Shown in pieces: positions 19,639 through 29,519 of a stretch of 64,000 nucleotides of DNA. Positions within the stretch are counted from its first letter, which is position 1. The number at the start of each line of letters is the position of its first letter. The notes beneath the pieces are model-generated. The model worked only from the letters and a program-made list of their open reading frames with translations, was not told the origin of the DNA and made no database searches. Source of the stretch: Candidatus Zixiibacteriota bacterium (GTDB lineage Bacteria; Zixibacteria; MSB-5A5; GN15; JAAZOE01); the NCBI GenBank assembly GCA_043819555.1, contig JBDREQ010000073.1, positions 32,001-96,000 of the forward strand, in the 5' to 3' direction. The translations under genes were made by a program, and so were the position numbers.

Positions 19639-21177
19639 TTACACCTCGCTTCCGGTTTCACGCCTGCGTTTTTGCCAGGCAATACGAACTAAAATACAGA
19701 GAATCAGGAATACGAATACAAGACCGATGCGCGTACCAAGTATATAAGGTATATCTTTTTCAGCAATTCCTTTCATTAGAATCACGTCGAGCCAATCCTG
19801 GAAGAACCATGTCCCAAGGATGGCAAGCAGAAATATCGGAGTGACATATTTGATGATATATTTGAAAAACCCGGGGACTCTCATATTGGAACCGATGTGC
19901 ATTTCAGCCCAGAGTTTATCGATTCCGAATACCCAGGCCACCAGAATAATCTCTATCGTTGCTCCCAGGACAATAATAAAACTGCCGCCCCAAAAATCGA
20001 GATCGCCAAGAACACCGTTATCAAAAAACCAAATCGCCGGCTGGCAAAGGATAAATGTGACCAAAGCGAAAGCTATTACCGCCCTTTTGCGGCTCATTCC
20101 AAATTCATCCTGGAAAAAACCAACCAGGGGTTGAGTAAGCGAGATTGATGATGTTATCCCTGCCAAAAAGAGCATTAAAAACCAGAGAAAACTGAATAAT
20201 TGTCCGAACGGTATCTGGCCAAAAATCCCCGGCATCGTAACGAATCCGAGATTAAAGGCGCCAGAATTGGCGATTTCAACAATGCCTTCATTGCCAAAAA
20301 AGAAAAACGCCGCCGGTATAATTAGCGAACCGCCCAGTATGACCTCGGCGAATTCATTGGTACTGGCCGCCGATAATCCCGCCAGAGGAACATCATCGGT
20401 TTCCCTGAGGTAACTTGAATAAGACAGAATCACTCCCATCCCAAGTGACAATGTGTAGAACACCTGACCGGCCGCGGCCAGCCATACTTTTCCGGATTTT
20501 AATTCGGAGAAATCGGGATTCCAAAGAAACCCAAGGCCGTTAAATTCTCCCCAGTCGAGAGTAATAACTCGAATCACCAATAATATGCCAAAGATTAAAA
20601 GAGTAGGCAGGGCGATATTGCATAATCTTTCGATACCGCCTTTAATGCCAAAAAAGGTAATCCCGATATTAATTGAGAAAGTAATTATGAAGAATGTAAA
20701 CGCCGCGCTTAAACCGCTAAACCAATGATTGTGTTCGATCCCCTGCAGTCCCGAGAGGAAGTTGGTCAGCTGCCCTCCTTCGCTGGCTTGTGCGAGTGTG
20801 CCGGTTGCAGAGTAAAAGCAATAAGCAAGCGTCCATGACTCGATATAAACATAATACATATAAATAATCAATGGCCCCAAAATGCCAAGAACGCCAATGT
20901 ACTTGATCGCTTTATTGCGTTTCCAGAGCGACTGGAAAATTCCGGGGGCGGAAGAATGGCCATAGCTGCCGCCATACCGCCCAGCCGTCCATTCGACCCA
21001 CATAAGCGGAATCCCAATTAACACAAAGGCGCATAAATAAGGAATCATAAACGCTCCGCCTCCGTTTTGAGCGGCCTGTACCGGAAATCTTAAGAAATTG
21101 CCCAAACCTACCGCGGAGCCCGCGACGGCCAGGATGACCCCCATTCTTGTTCCCCAGCGTTCTCGTATTTGAGCCAT
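19639..21177 (-). CDS. Sodium-dependent transporter, neurotransmitter:sodium symporter (NSS/LeuT) family
   Basis: RERW..RMGVILAVAGSAVGLGNFLRFP, NGGGAFMIPY, GQVFYTLSLG; about 12 TMs. Confidence 0.95.
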   Translation of the reverse strand: MAQIRERWGTRMGVILAVAGSAVGLGNFLRFPVQAAQNGGGAFMIPYLCAFVLIGIPLMWVEWTAGRYGGSYGHSSAPGIFQSLWKRNKAIKYIGVLGILGPLIIYMYYVYIESWTLAYCFYSATGTLAQASEGGQLTNFLSGLQGIEHNHWFSGLSAAFTFFIITFSINIGITFFGIKGGIERLCNIALPTLLIFGILLVIRVITLDWGEFNGLGFLWNPDFSELKSGKVWLAAAGQVFYTLSLGMGVILSYSSYLRETDDVPLAGLSAASTNEFAEVILGGSLIIPAAFFFFGNEGIVEIANSGAFNLGFVTMPGIFGQIPFGQLFSFLWFLMLFLAGITSSISLTQPLVGFFQDEFGMSRKRAVIAFALVTFILCQPAIWFFDNGVLGDLDFWGGSFIIVLGATIEIILVAWVFGIDKLWAEMHIGSNMRVPGFFKYIIKYVTPIFLLAILGTWFFQDWLDVILMKGIAEKDIPYILGTRIGLVFVFLILCILVRIAWQKRRRETGSEV

Positions 21178-21444
21178 AAATACCTTTCCTGCTAATTAAC
21201 GCGACAATATTCCATCCGGGTAAATATATGTTCCAAAAACTTTGGTCTCCGATGCCGAAAAAATTGATAATAACATATATAAGGCACATGTTGAAACTTT
21301 TTGAGAGTTCATTTTGTAAATAGTATTATGCCGCGGCCCCCTTGTCAATATTAATATTTACCTCTTGCATTTTGTTTTTGTTGACCGGAATGAGACATGA
21401 GATTATTTATACTTAAGCCAATATATGAAAGGAGATATCATTAA

Positions 21445-22086
21445 ATGATGAGGATTGTAAAATATTTTATTATTGTCTGCCTGATCGCCGGATCAGCATC
21501 GGGGCAGTTTTTGGGGCAAATGACGTCGGCAGATTGTCTTGAAAAAGGGAAGAATATTGGCGGAGGTTATTTAATTATTGCCGAAGACGCATTGGGCGTC
21601 GTCGGTTCCTGGCGGATGGGATTAGGAGAGTATCTTGAGGGCCGTATTAGGGGCGGACTTCTTGATCCTGAAGGAAACGGCGTAAATTTAATACTTGGCG
21701 CGGATGCCAAATATCAATTATGGGAATATATCAAGGGGGAAAATCCTTTTGATATGTCTCTCGGAACCGGAATAGAGTATTCAAAATTTGATAATGGGAA
21801 ATTGTTAGGCCTGACCGGTTCGATAATCGGTTCGCATTTGCATGTTTTGAAGGGCGGGCAAAGTATCGAATCGTATGCTCAATTGCATTTGCGTCTCGAG
21901 CGAATCTCGACCGATGATTTTTATCTATCAAATGTCAAGATTAGCGGCGGTTCCGATTCCAAACTCAGGATGGGCGGCAGCATCGGGGCTGTTTTTAGCG
22001 TGATGTCGCTGGCGGATTTTACGATTGAATTGCAGCTGGATGACCAATTCGCGATTATGGCCGGACTCGATTTGTTCGAGTTTTAA
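21445..22086 (+). CDS. Hypothetical secreted/outer-membrane beta-barrel protein
   Basis: SD GGAG, signal peptide, alternating beta-strand pattern, terminal F. Confidence 0.6.
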   Translation: MMRIVKYFIIVCLIAGSASGQFLGQMTSADCLEKGKNIGGGYLIIAEDALGVVGSWRMGLGEYLEGRIRGGLLDPEGNGVNLILGADAKYQLWEYIKGENPFDMSLGTGIEYSKFDNGKLLGLTGSIIGSHLHVLKGGQSIESYAQLHLRLERISTDDFYLSNVKISGGSDSKLRMGGSIGAVFSVMSLADFTIELQLDDQFAIMAGLDLFEF

Positions 22087-22120
22087 ATTTGGAATATTCA
22101 TTTCATAGAATTGAACATAG

Positions 22121-22906
22121 ATGGAATTTTGGGATGTTCTAATTTTAGGCACAATTCAGGGGCTGACTGAATTTTTGCCGATTTCTTCATCAGGCCATCT
22201 GGTCATTAGCCAGTACTTGCTGGGAATCAAAGCCCCGGGAGTCAGCCTTGAAATCTGGCTGCATTTTGGGACGCTCATTGCAGTGCTGGTTTATTATTTT
22301 AGGCGTCTCCTCGAAATCGCAAAAGCCTTAATTGGGAGATCTGAAAACCGGGATGAAAACCTTCGCTTATTAATGGCAATTATTATTGGAACTACACCGG
22401 CCGCGGTTATTGGTTTATCTTTCAAATCATCAATTGAAGCCGCCTTTGGTTCGCCATCATTTGTATCAGCCATGCTTGTCGTCACAGGGGTTATCCTCCT
22501 TCTAAGCGGTTTGGCCCGCAATAAAAACCTGCAAATCAACATGCCTCGCGGATTGGGTATTGGGATGGCTCAGGCTCTGGCTATTTTGCCCGGACTTTCC
22601 CGCTCCGGAAGTACAATCACATGTGCCATGCTTCTGGGCGTCAAACCCAAACAAGCCGCGGAGTTTTCATTTTTGCTTGCCATACCGGCAATCGGGGGGG
22701 CCTTTGTTCTTGATTTAATTTCGAGTGATATTTCAGTCTGGTCTGGCAATGAATTAGGATTATTTTTAATTGGAGCTTTAGTATCCTTTGTAATTGGATT
22801 GCTTTCGATTCATTATCTTCTGAAGTTGATTGCACGGGGAAAGTTCTATATTTTTGGATTTTATTGCTTTGCCGCGGGAATTATTTCTTATATATTTATC
22901 AACTGA
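22121..22906 (+). CDS. uppP: Undecaprenyl-diphosphate phosphatase
   Basis: QGLTEFLPISSSGHL, LHFGT, PGLSRSGSTI, AEFSFLLAIP. Confidence 0.95.
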   Translation: MEFWDVLILGTIQGLTEFLPISSSGHLVISQYLLGIKAPGVSLEIWLHFGTLIAVLVYYFRRLLEIAKALIGRSENRDENLRLLMAIIIGTTPAAVIGLSFKSSIEAAFGSPSFVSAMLVVTGVILLLSGLARNKNLQINMPRGLGIGMAQALAILPGLSRSGSTITCAMLLGVKPKQAAEFSFLLAIPAIGGAFVLDLISSDISVWSGNELGLFLIGALVSFVIGLLSIHYLLKLIARGKFYIFGFYCFAAGIISYIFIN

Positions 22907-24468
22907 TGCGGAATATTTTTATCATACGTCTGGGCCGTTTGGGAGATGTCACGCTTACCGGACCGACTATCAAAAATCTGCGCTTTCTTTACCCGGATTC
23001 AAAAATATCGTATATCACCCGTGAACCCTATCAATCTCTATGCCATTCGCTTTTCGGAGTCGACGAAGTATTGACCTTTCCTAACGAAGGGTCGTATCTC
23101 GATTTGGTAAAATTATCAATCAAACTGGATGATTTTCAGCCCGACCTGGTTGTTGATTTGCATAAAAATTTCCGTTCCTTTCATCTCGCCAATTTATGTA
23201 AAGCTCGCTATAAGGTCGTATATAAGAAGAGGCGCAAAGAAAGGCAGGCAGCAGTCAACGAGAAGATCTTTGTTTCGCCAATACCGCATACCATTGACCA
23301 GTATAATCTGGTAATAGATAAACTTAAGGGCGAACGCATCGCCCGAAGGCCTGATATTTTTATTCCCTATGATAAATTGTCGGATTGTAATTTTCGAAGA
23401 GAGGGCGTGGCCATCGCGCCGGGCGCCGGATCATCCGTTAAATGCTGGCCAATTGAGAACTTTGTTTCGGTAATTGAAAAATTAATCGGTGATTTTAATT
23501 TCCCGATATCGTTATTTCTATCTTCGTCGGATGATGCCATCGCGGATAAAATTTCTCATTTTCCGGCCGATAGAGTTTCGATTTTTTGGGATGAACCGTT
23601 GGATCGGATTGGTGAAATCCTATCGCAGTACCGCCTGAGCCTGACCAATGATTCCGGATTAATGCATATCTCTTCGGCGGCCGGGACTCCGACTCTGGGA
23701 CTGTTCGGCCCAACCCATGAGCAACTTGGATTTTACCCTCTGGGAGTTCATGATGTGATGCTGGGAACGGATGAGAAATGCCGACCCTGTTCGCTTCATG
23801 GTAATGTCCCCTGTTATCGAGAAAAGCAATACTGTTTCACTCGCATGACGGTCGATTTTGTCTATAAGCAGATGATCCGAATTCTCGATAAAGAAAATCT
23901 TTGTCCGGCGGTATTTATAGATCGTGACGGGACGTTGATTGTTGATGAGCATTATCTGGCCAATCCGGATAAAATCAAATTTATCGATGGATCGATTAAT
24001 GCTCTGCATAGATTAAAAAAGGCAGGTTTTAAAATCGTAATTGTCTCCAATCAATCAGGCGTAGCTCGAGGGTTTTTCCCCGAAGAAGCCGTTGTGAAAG
24101 TGCATAATCGTCTTGAGGCATTGCTGAAAGAAAACGGTATTGAAATTGATGATATTAGATTTTGTCCCTACCATCCGGACGGTGATGTTCCCGAATATAC
24201 AAAGGAAGATGAATGCCGCAAACCTCGGCCTGGAATGCTTGAAAAAAGCGCGATGGAATTGGGAATTGATTTAAAAAGATCATATATGATTGGAGATAAA
24301 CTATCGGATGTCCAATGCGGCCAGGCCGCGGGAGCGATCCCAGTTTTAGTGCGAACCGGTTACGGAATGGAAACCGAAAAAGATTACCCCGCCGCGCCGT
24401 ATCCGCCTCCGTATTTTTTATGCGATAATCTAAGCGCCGCCGCCGACAGGATATTGTCGAAATCATGA
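22906..24468 (+). CDS. Fusion of a GT9 (heptosyltransferase-like) domain and D,D-heptose-1,7-bisphosphate phosphatase (GmhB)
   Basis: ATG overlaps the uppP TGA. N part: RLGRLGDV, NDSGLMH, LFGPT, CRPCSLHG..C. C part: HAD motifs FIDRDGTL, SNQSG, CPYHP, CRKPRPGM, IGDKLSD. Confidence 0.88.
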   Translation: MRNIFIIRLGRLGDVTLTGPTIKNLRFLYPDSKISYITREPYQSLCHSLFGVDEVLTFPNEGSYLDLVKLSIKLDDFQPDLVVDLHKNFRSFHLANLCKARYKVVYKKRRKERQAAVNEKIFVSPIPHTIDQYNLVIDKLKGERIARRPDIFIPYDKLSDCNFRREGVAIAPGAGSSVKCWPIENFVSVIEKLIGDFNFPISLFLSSSDDAIADKISHFPADRVSIFWDEPLDRIGEILSQYRLSLTNDSGLMHISSAAGTPTLGLFGPTHEQLGFYPLGVHDVMLGTDEKCRPCSLHGNVPCYREKQYCFTRMTVDFVYKQMIRILDKENLCPAVFIDRDGTLIVDEHYLANPDKIKFIDGSINALHRLKKAGFKIVIVSNQSGVARGFFPEEAVVKVHNRLEALLKENGIEIDDIRFCPYHPDGDVPEYTKEDECRKPRPGMLEKSAMELGIDLKRSYMIGDKLSDVQCGQAAGAIPVLVRTGYGMETEKDYPAAPYPPPYFLCDNLSAAADRILSKS

Positions 24469-25463
24469 TTCGAGAAGCGTTATATCAAAAAAAACTGGAG
24501 AATAGTCGGGTACAATGCTTATTATGTCCGGCTTTCTGTCGACTGAGACCGAGTCAGCGAGGCATTTGTCATTCCCGATTTAACCAGGATGGCAGGCTGG
24601 TTACTGACAATTTTGGAGAAACGGTTACGATTGTCATTGATCCTATTGAAAAAAAGCCTCTCTATCATTTTAAACCGGCGACGAATATTGTTTCAATAGG
24701 CGCCAACGGATGCAATTTATCCTGCCGCCATTGCCAGAATTGGCAAATATCTCAGGAGAGAGTTTCGACTGTCTATATTGATCCGGAGAAACTGCCGGAA
24801 ATTGCCGCACAAAAAAACTCAATCGGAATCGCTTATACCTATACTGAACCAATTATCTGGTATGAATATATTATGGAAGCGGCTCCATTAATAAGAAATG
24901 CCGGCCTAAATAATGTCATGGTTTCGAACGGATACATTAATCCTAAGCCCCTTGAGAAATTACTTCCTTATATTGACGCCTTTAATATTGATCTCAAGGG
25001 AATTAAACCGGAGTTTTATAAGCGTATTTGCAAAGGCAAGCTTGAGCCTGTTCTGGAAGTAATTAAAATTATCGCAAACTCGTCGGCCCATATTGAATTG
25101 ACCAATTTGATTATACCCGGTTTGAATGATGACGAAAGTGATTTTCATAAACTGGGCGAATTTGTCAATTCCGTTGACGGAACTATTCCAGTGCATTTGT
25201 CGGCGTATCACCCAAGCTACAATCTAAATAATCCCCCAACGCCGGAAAAAACTATGAGACAGGCTTATTCTATTTTAAAAAAGTATGTCAATAATGTGTT
25301 CGTGGGGAATATGGCTCTTGATGAATTGGGCAATAGCCGCTGCCCTTCATGTAATCAGGTTCTTATAAAACGACAAAGCTATCGGATAGATATTACAGGT
25401 TTAGATGAAAAAGGAATTTGTTCGTCATGCCATGCCGAAACTGGTATTGTCACAGGGAATTAG
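24465..25463 (+). CDS. amrS: AmmeMemoRadiSam-system radical SAM enzyme
   Basis: VQCLLCP..C, DPIEKKPLYHF, CNLSCRHCQNWQISQ, YTYTEP, C-terminal CPSC and CSSC. Confidence 0.88.
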   Translation: MIREALYQKKLENSRVQCLLCPAFCRLRPSQRGICHSRFNQDGRLVTDNFGETVTIVIDPIEKKPLYHFKPATNIVSIGANGCNLSCRHCQNWQISQERVSTVYIDPEKLPEIAAQKNSIGIAYTYTEPIIWYEYIMEAAPLIRNAGLNNVMVSNGYINPKPLEKLLPYIDAFNIDLKGIKPEFYKRICKGKLEPVLEVIKIIANSSAHIELTNLIIPGLNDDESDFHKLGEFVNSVDGTIPVHLSAYHPSYNLNNPPTPEKTMRQAYSILKKYVNNVFVGNMALDELGNSRCPSCNQVLIKRQSYRIDITGLDEKGICSSCHAETGIVTGN

Positions 25464-25599
25464 TTATATTATCGACTGCAGTAAGAGTATTCAGAGGTCG
25501 ATATATTTTAATATCAGGGATTTAAAGCGTTTTGGTTGGAGAGACTGCAATTATCATATGTGGGCGGGAACACGACTTGATTGCTGACCGTTTTGAATT

Positions 25600-28407
25600 A
25601 TGATGAGATTAAAATATTTTTTAATTAGTTTTTCAGTTGTCGTTATTGCCGGATTTTTGTCAATTGAGCAAGCGAATGCCCAATTCTATTTTGGCAAAAA
25701 TAAAATTCAATACACAAATTTTGACTGGCAAGTTATGACGACAGAGCATTTCAAAATATATTTCTATCCCGCCGAAACGGAATTGGCGGAAATCGCAGCC
25801 AGGTCCGCCGAAGAATCTTACAAACGTCTCGCGTCGTTTTTTAATCATGAAATATATGAGATTACGCCTCTTATTATTTATAGCAATCCCAATTATTTTG
25901 TTCAAACCAATACGACTTTTTCTTTTTTACCTGAAAATGTGGCCGGTTTTACTGAACATATGAAGGGGCGGGTGGTCGTGCCATTCAACGGTTCCTATTC
26001 TGATTTTAATGATGTCATCTGGCATGAAATGGTCCACGTCTTCACCTTCGCCAAGATTGGGCAGAAGATTCAGGATTACGGCCGTATGGCGTCGGCTTTT
26101 CCTCCTCAATGGTTTATTGAGGGGCTGGCTAATTACTGGTCGCGCGAATGGGACAGCGAAGGCGACATGGTTTTGAGGGATATGGTCATTAATGGAAATC
26201 TGCCGTCTATAAAAAACATGTGGATTTATAACAACACCTATTATGTATATAAACTGGGCGAATCTATCTGTCATTTTATCGCTGACGAATATGGCGAAGA
26301 CAAAATGACAGAGATATTTGAGAATTGGTCATTGGGGAAAACATTTGATGATGTTATCACCTTTACACTCGGGAAAAATTTGGATGAACTTTCCGAAAAA
26401 TGGTCATATTTTCTCAAGAAAAAATATTTCCCGCAGATTGCTAATCTTGATTTGCCCGATAAAAGAGCTACCAGACTGACCGACAGGATATTCGCCGTTC
26501 GCCCGGTACCCGTGACTATGACCAACAAAAACGGCATCGAAGAGCCGTGGGTGATATACAAGGCCAACAAAGTTGGGTACTCGGCGATTTATATGCAACC
26601 CGCAATGGGGGAAAGCAAGCAAGTTATAACTCTTTTGAAGGGCGAACGATCGGCCAAGTACGAGTCATTGCACCTATTGTCAAGCGGAGTAGACCAATTT
26701 GACAATAAACTTCTGGCATTTGCCTCAAAATCGCAGGAACGTGATGTCTTGTACATATATGATTTGGAACACCGGAAAGTTATCACAAAGTATGAATTTG
26801 AAAATCTTATCGGATTAGTGTCGCCTCGATTTTCGCCTGAAGGCGATCGAGTTGTCTTTACCGGATATCAATTGGGCGGCTATGCCGACATCTATATGAT
26901 ATATCTGAAATCGGGCGAAATTATTCAACTTACCAATGATATTTATAATGATCTTGATCCATCCTTCGGATTCGAAGGAAACTCCATTTTGTTCTCATCC
27001 GATCGCGGCGGTTATGGATACGATGGATACATGTCCCTCTATCGAATCAATGTGCAGGATCGCCAAATGAAACGAATTACATATGGCAAATGCCATGACC
27101 GATATCCTTCAGAGAGCCCCGATGGACAACAACTGATATTTTCCTCCGATCGCGGCGAAGAAAGATCGTTTAATATTTTTAGCCTCGAACGCGAGCGAAG
27201 GCTTTCCAAAGTAACCGAATATTTAACCGGAGCATTTGATCCCCGCTTTAATAAAGGCGGAGATGAGGTTTATTTTTATGCCTACCAAAACCGTGGTTTT
27301 CATTTGTTTCGTTCAGACATAAATATTCTGGAGACCGTCCCCGTCGATGAAAACGAAAATTTTGAAATTCGCTGGATACCTGAAAAGATAGGCATAGAAG
27401 CAAGCGAATCAACAGTAAAGTATAAAACCGATTATTCACTTGATATCGCGCAATCGACAATCGCCTATGATGGAGTTTACGGGACTATCGGGGGTATTCA
27501 AGCGGCAGTGAGTGATATGCTCGGCAACAATATGTGGATATTCCTGCTTTCAAATACGGCTCAAACTAAGGACGATATATTGACCAGTTTCAATCTTGGT
27601 GTGACTTATCTGAGACGAACTAACAGACTTAATTGGGGACTGGGAGTTTTTCATTTATATAATGAGTACTATAACGATTATGACGGTTATTACTTTGAGC
27701 GGCTCATCGGCGGAGTCGGTTTATTAAGTTATCCCCTTACAAAATTCGACCGCATCGAAACGTCGCTGTTTTTGAGATATAGCGAAAAAGAAAGATTTGC
27801 AGGCCTATGGAAGCGAAAGGCAATTCCGGCTACACAATTATTCAGTTTTATCAGCGATAATACGCTTTGGGAGCCTCTTGGTCCGGTTGAGGGACGGCGG
27901 CTTAATCTGACAGTCGGTTACAGTTTCGATTTGAATTCGGCCGAGACATTTAACCGCTTGGCGTCTATTGATTTTCGGCATTATTTAAGATTGGGCAGTC
28001 GCTCATCCTTTGCCAGCCGTTTCTTCGCCTATTCATCATCGGGAGCTGAACCGCAGAGAATATACCTTGGAGGAAGCTGGTCATTCAGGGGATACAGCCG
28101 TCGGCATTTCTATAATAGAAACATATTGTTCAATTCAATGGAACTTAGATTTCCACTGATAAACAATTTGATAATTGGATTCCCGATTGGCGCCATGAAA
28201 TTTAGCGGAATTCGGGGGGCCTTATTCCATGACGCCGGAACCGCCTGGGATGATAACTGGATTGGATGGAGAGGTTCTTTTGGAGCATCAATACGGGTAG
28301 CCCTCGGTTATCTGGTTGTCCTAAGATTTGATTTCTCGCGAATTCATAACTTTCGAGGCATCTCAAAAAGTACACGGGCAGATTTCTTTTTCGGGTGGAA
28401 TTTCTAA
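25600..28407 (+). CDS. Omp85/BamA-TamA family protein with N-terminal zinc-peptidase-like and PD40/TolB propeller domains
   Basis: Signal peptide; FGKNKIQY; HEMVH...PQWFIEGLA; PD40 repeats (SPRFSPEG, DPSF, FSSDR); FRGYS lid motif; C-terminal FFFGWNF. Confidence 0.85.
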   Translation: MMRLKYFLISFSVVVIAGFLSIEQANAQFYFGKNKIQYTNFDWQVMTTEHFKIYFYPAETELAEIAARSAEESYKRLASFFNHEIYEITPLIIYSNPNYFVQTNTTFSFLPENVAGFTEHMKGRVVVPFNGSYSDFNDVIWHEMVHVFTFAKIGQKIQDYGRMASAFPPQWFIEGLANYWSREWDSEGDMVLRDMVINGNLPSIKNMWIYNNTYYVYKLGESICHFIADEYGEDKMTEIFENWSLGKTFDDVITFTLGKNLDELSEKWSYFLKKKYFPQIANLDLPDKRATRLTDRIFAVRPVPVTMTNKNGIEEPWVIYKANKVGYSAIYMQPAMGESKQVITLLKGERSAKYESLHLLSSGVDQFDNKLLAFASKSQERDVLYIYDLEHRKVITKYEFENLIGLVSPRFSPEGDRVVFTGYQLGGYADIYMIYLKSGEIIQLTNDIYNDLDPSFGFEGNSILFSSDRGGYGYDGYMSLYRINVQDRQMKRITYGKCHDRYPSESPDGQQLIFSSDRGEERSFNIFSLERERRLSKVTEYLTGAFDPRFNKGGDEVYFYAYQNRGFHLFRSDINILETVPVDENENFEIRWIPEKIGIEASESTVKYKTDYSLDIAQSTIAYDGVYGTIGGIQAAVSDMLGNNMWIFLLSNTAQTKDDILTSFNLGVTYLRRTNRLNWGLGVFHLYNEYYNDYDGYYFERLIGGVGLLSYPLTKFDRIETSLFLRYSEKERFAGLWKRKAIPATQLFSFISDNTLWEPLGPVEGRRLNLTVGYSFDLNSAETFNRLASIDFRHYLRLGSRSSFASRFFAYSSSGAEPQRIYLGGSWSFRGYSRRHFYNRNILFNSMELRFPLINNLIIGFPIGAMKFSGIRGALFHDAGTAWDDNWIGWRGSFGASIRVALGYLVVLRFDFSRIHNFRGISKSTRADFFFGWNF

Positions 28408-29519
28408 TGAAAGCCTTATTATCAGTTGTATTGGCGATAGTTGTTCTTCTATTCTCTGCCTGCACCGTTCCGAAAAAAATGAGGCGGGATTTTGGGTATT
28501 TATTGCCTAAAAGTGAACAAAAATCCGGTATTTATACGTCTAATGACAATTTTCAGGGGAAGTTAAAACTATTATATGAATATAAAATTAAAGGAGCGCC
28601 GGCCGATCCTTTAATACTTGGCGAGCGCTATCTCAGCGTGAGAACTTCTCGCAATCGCGTGGTTTTTTATGATCAGGATAATGGAGAAAAATTATGTCGG
28701 ATTAAGCAGAGCCGGGGCTTTATTTTGCCGCCCTTAATAACCGACTCATTGATTATTTTCACAAAAAAGTCGCCTTTAGGCCAGATTATAATGCAAAATC
28801 TGTTCACCGGCAAGAAGATAGGTGAAGTTTATGTAAAAGATATTCGTTCCGGGCCGATAATGATTAATAACAGTCTTATTGTGGGTACTGCGACTGGTTT
28901 GGTGTCGATAAATTTGACCGAATTGAACCAGAAATGGAGGCTGGAAAACGACGAAGTCGTCGATATCCCTCCGATTTTCGATGGTTCTCACATTTATTAT
29001 GCATCGGGCAGCGGTCAGATAAGGGCTGCTGAGCCCGGCGATGGTTCTTTGAAATGGGAAATCGATTGCAATGCCTCGATAAGTTCCGAACTGAGTATTG
29101 GTCGATACTTATATATTGGTTTATCAGACGGCGAATTGCTGGCCCTTGATAAGACTTGTGGCCGCGTTGTATGGCGAACCAATACCGGTTATGCCTTCCG
29201 AGGCAAGGCGATTGAATATAACGATCGCGTTTATTTCGGATGCACAGACGGTAAAGTTTATTGCCTTTCCTCCGTTGATGGTGGAATAATATGGGATTAT
29301 CAGACAGATGGCGTTATTGTAGCCACCCCCGTAATTTATGGTAATACTGTTTTAATAGGATCGTACGACCAGAAGTTTTATAGCATTGATGCCGAAAGCG
29401 GTGAAATGTTGGACAGTTATAATCTTGAAGGACCGGTCGCCTTTGCAGCAGCCATAAACAAAAACAGGATTTTTGTGGCGTGTCAGAAAAACCACATTTA
29501 TTGTTTTGAGGAGTATTAA
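28407..29519 (+). CDS. BamB-like PQQ/beta-propeller lipoprotein
   Basis: ATG overlaps the previous stop; lipobox FSAC; PQQ_2 repeats (DGSLKWE, GRVVWRT, DGGIIWDY). Confidence 0.8.
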   Translation: MKALLSVVLAIVVLLFSACTVPKKMRRDFGYLLPKSEQKSGIYTSNDNFQGKLKLLYEYKIKGAPADPLILGERYLSVRTSRNRVVFYDQDNGEKLCRIKQSRGFILPPLITDSLIIFTKKSPLGQIIMQNLFTGKKIGEVYVKDIRSGPIMINNSLIVGTATGLVSINLTELNQKWRLENDEVVDIPPIFDGSHIYYASGSGQIRAAEPGDGSLKWEIDCNASISSELSIGRYLYIGLSDGELLALDKTCGRVVWRTNTGYAFRGKAIEYNDRVYFGCTDGKVYCLSSVDGGIIWDYQTDGVIVATPVIYGNTVLIGSYDQKFYSIDAESGEMLDSYNLEGPVAFAAAINKNRIFVACQKNHIYCFEEY

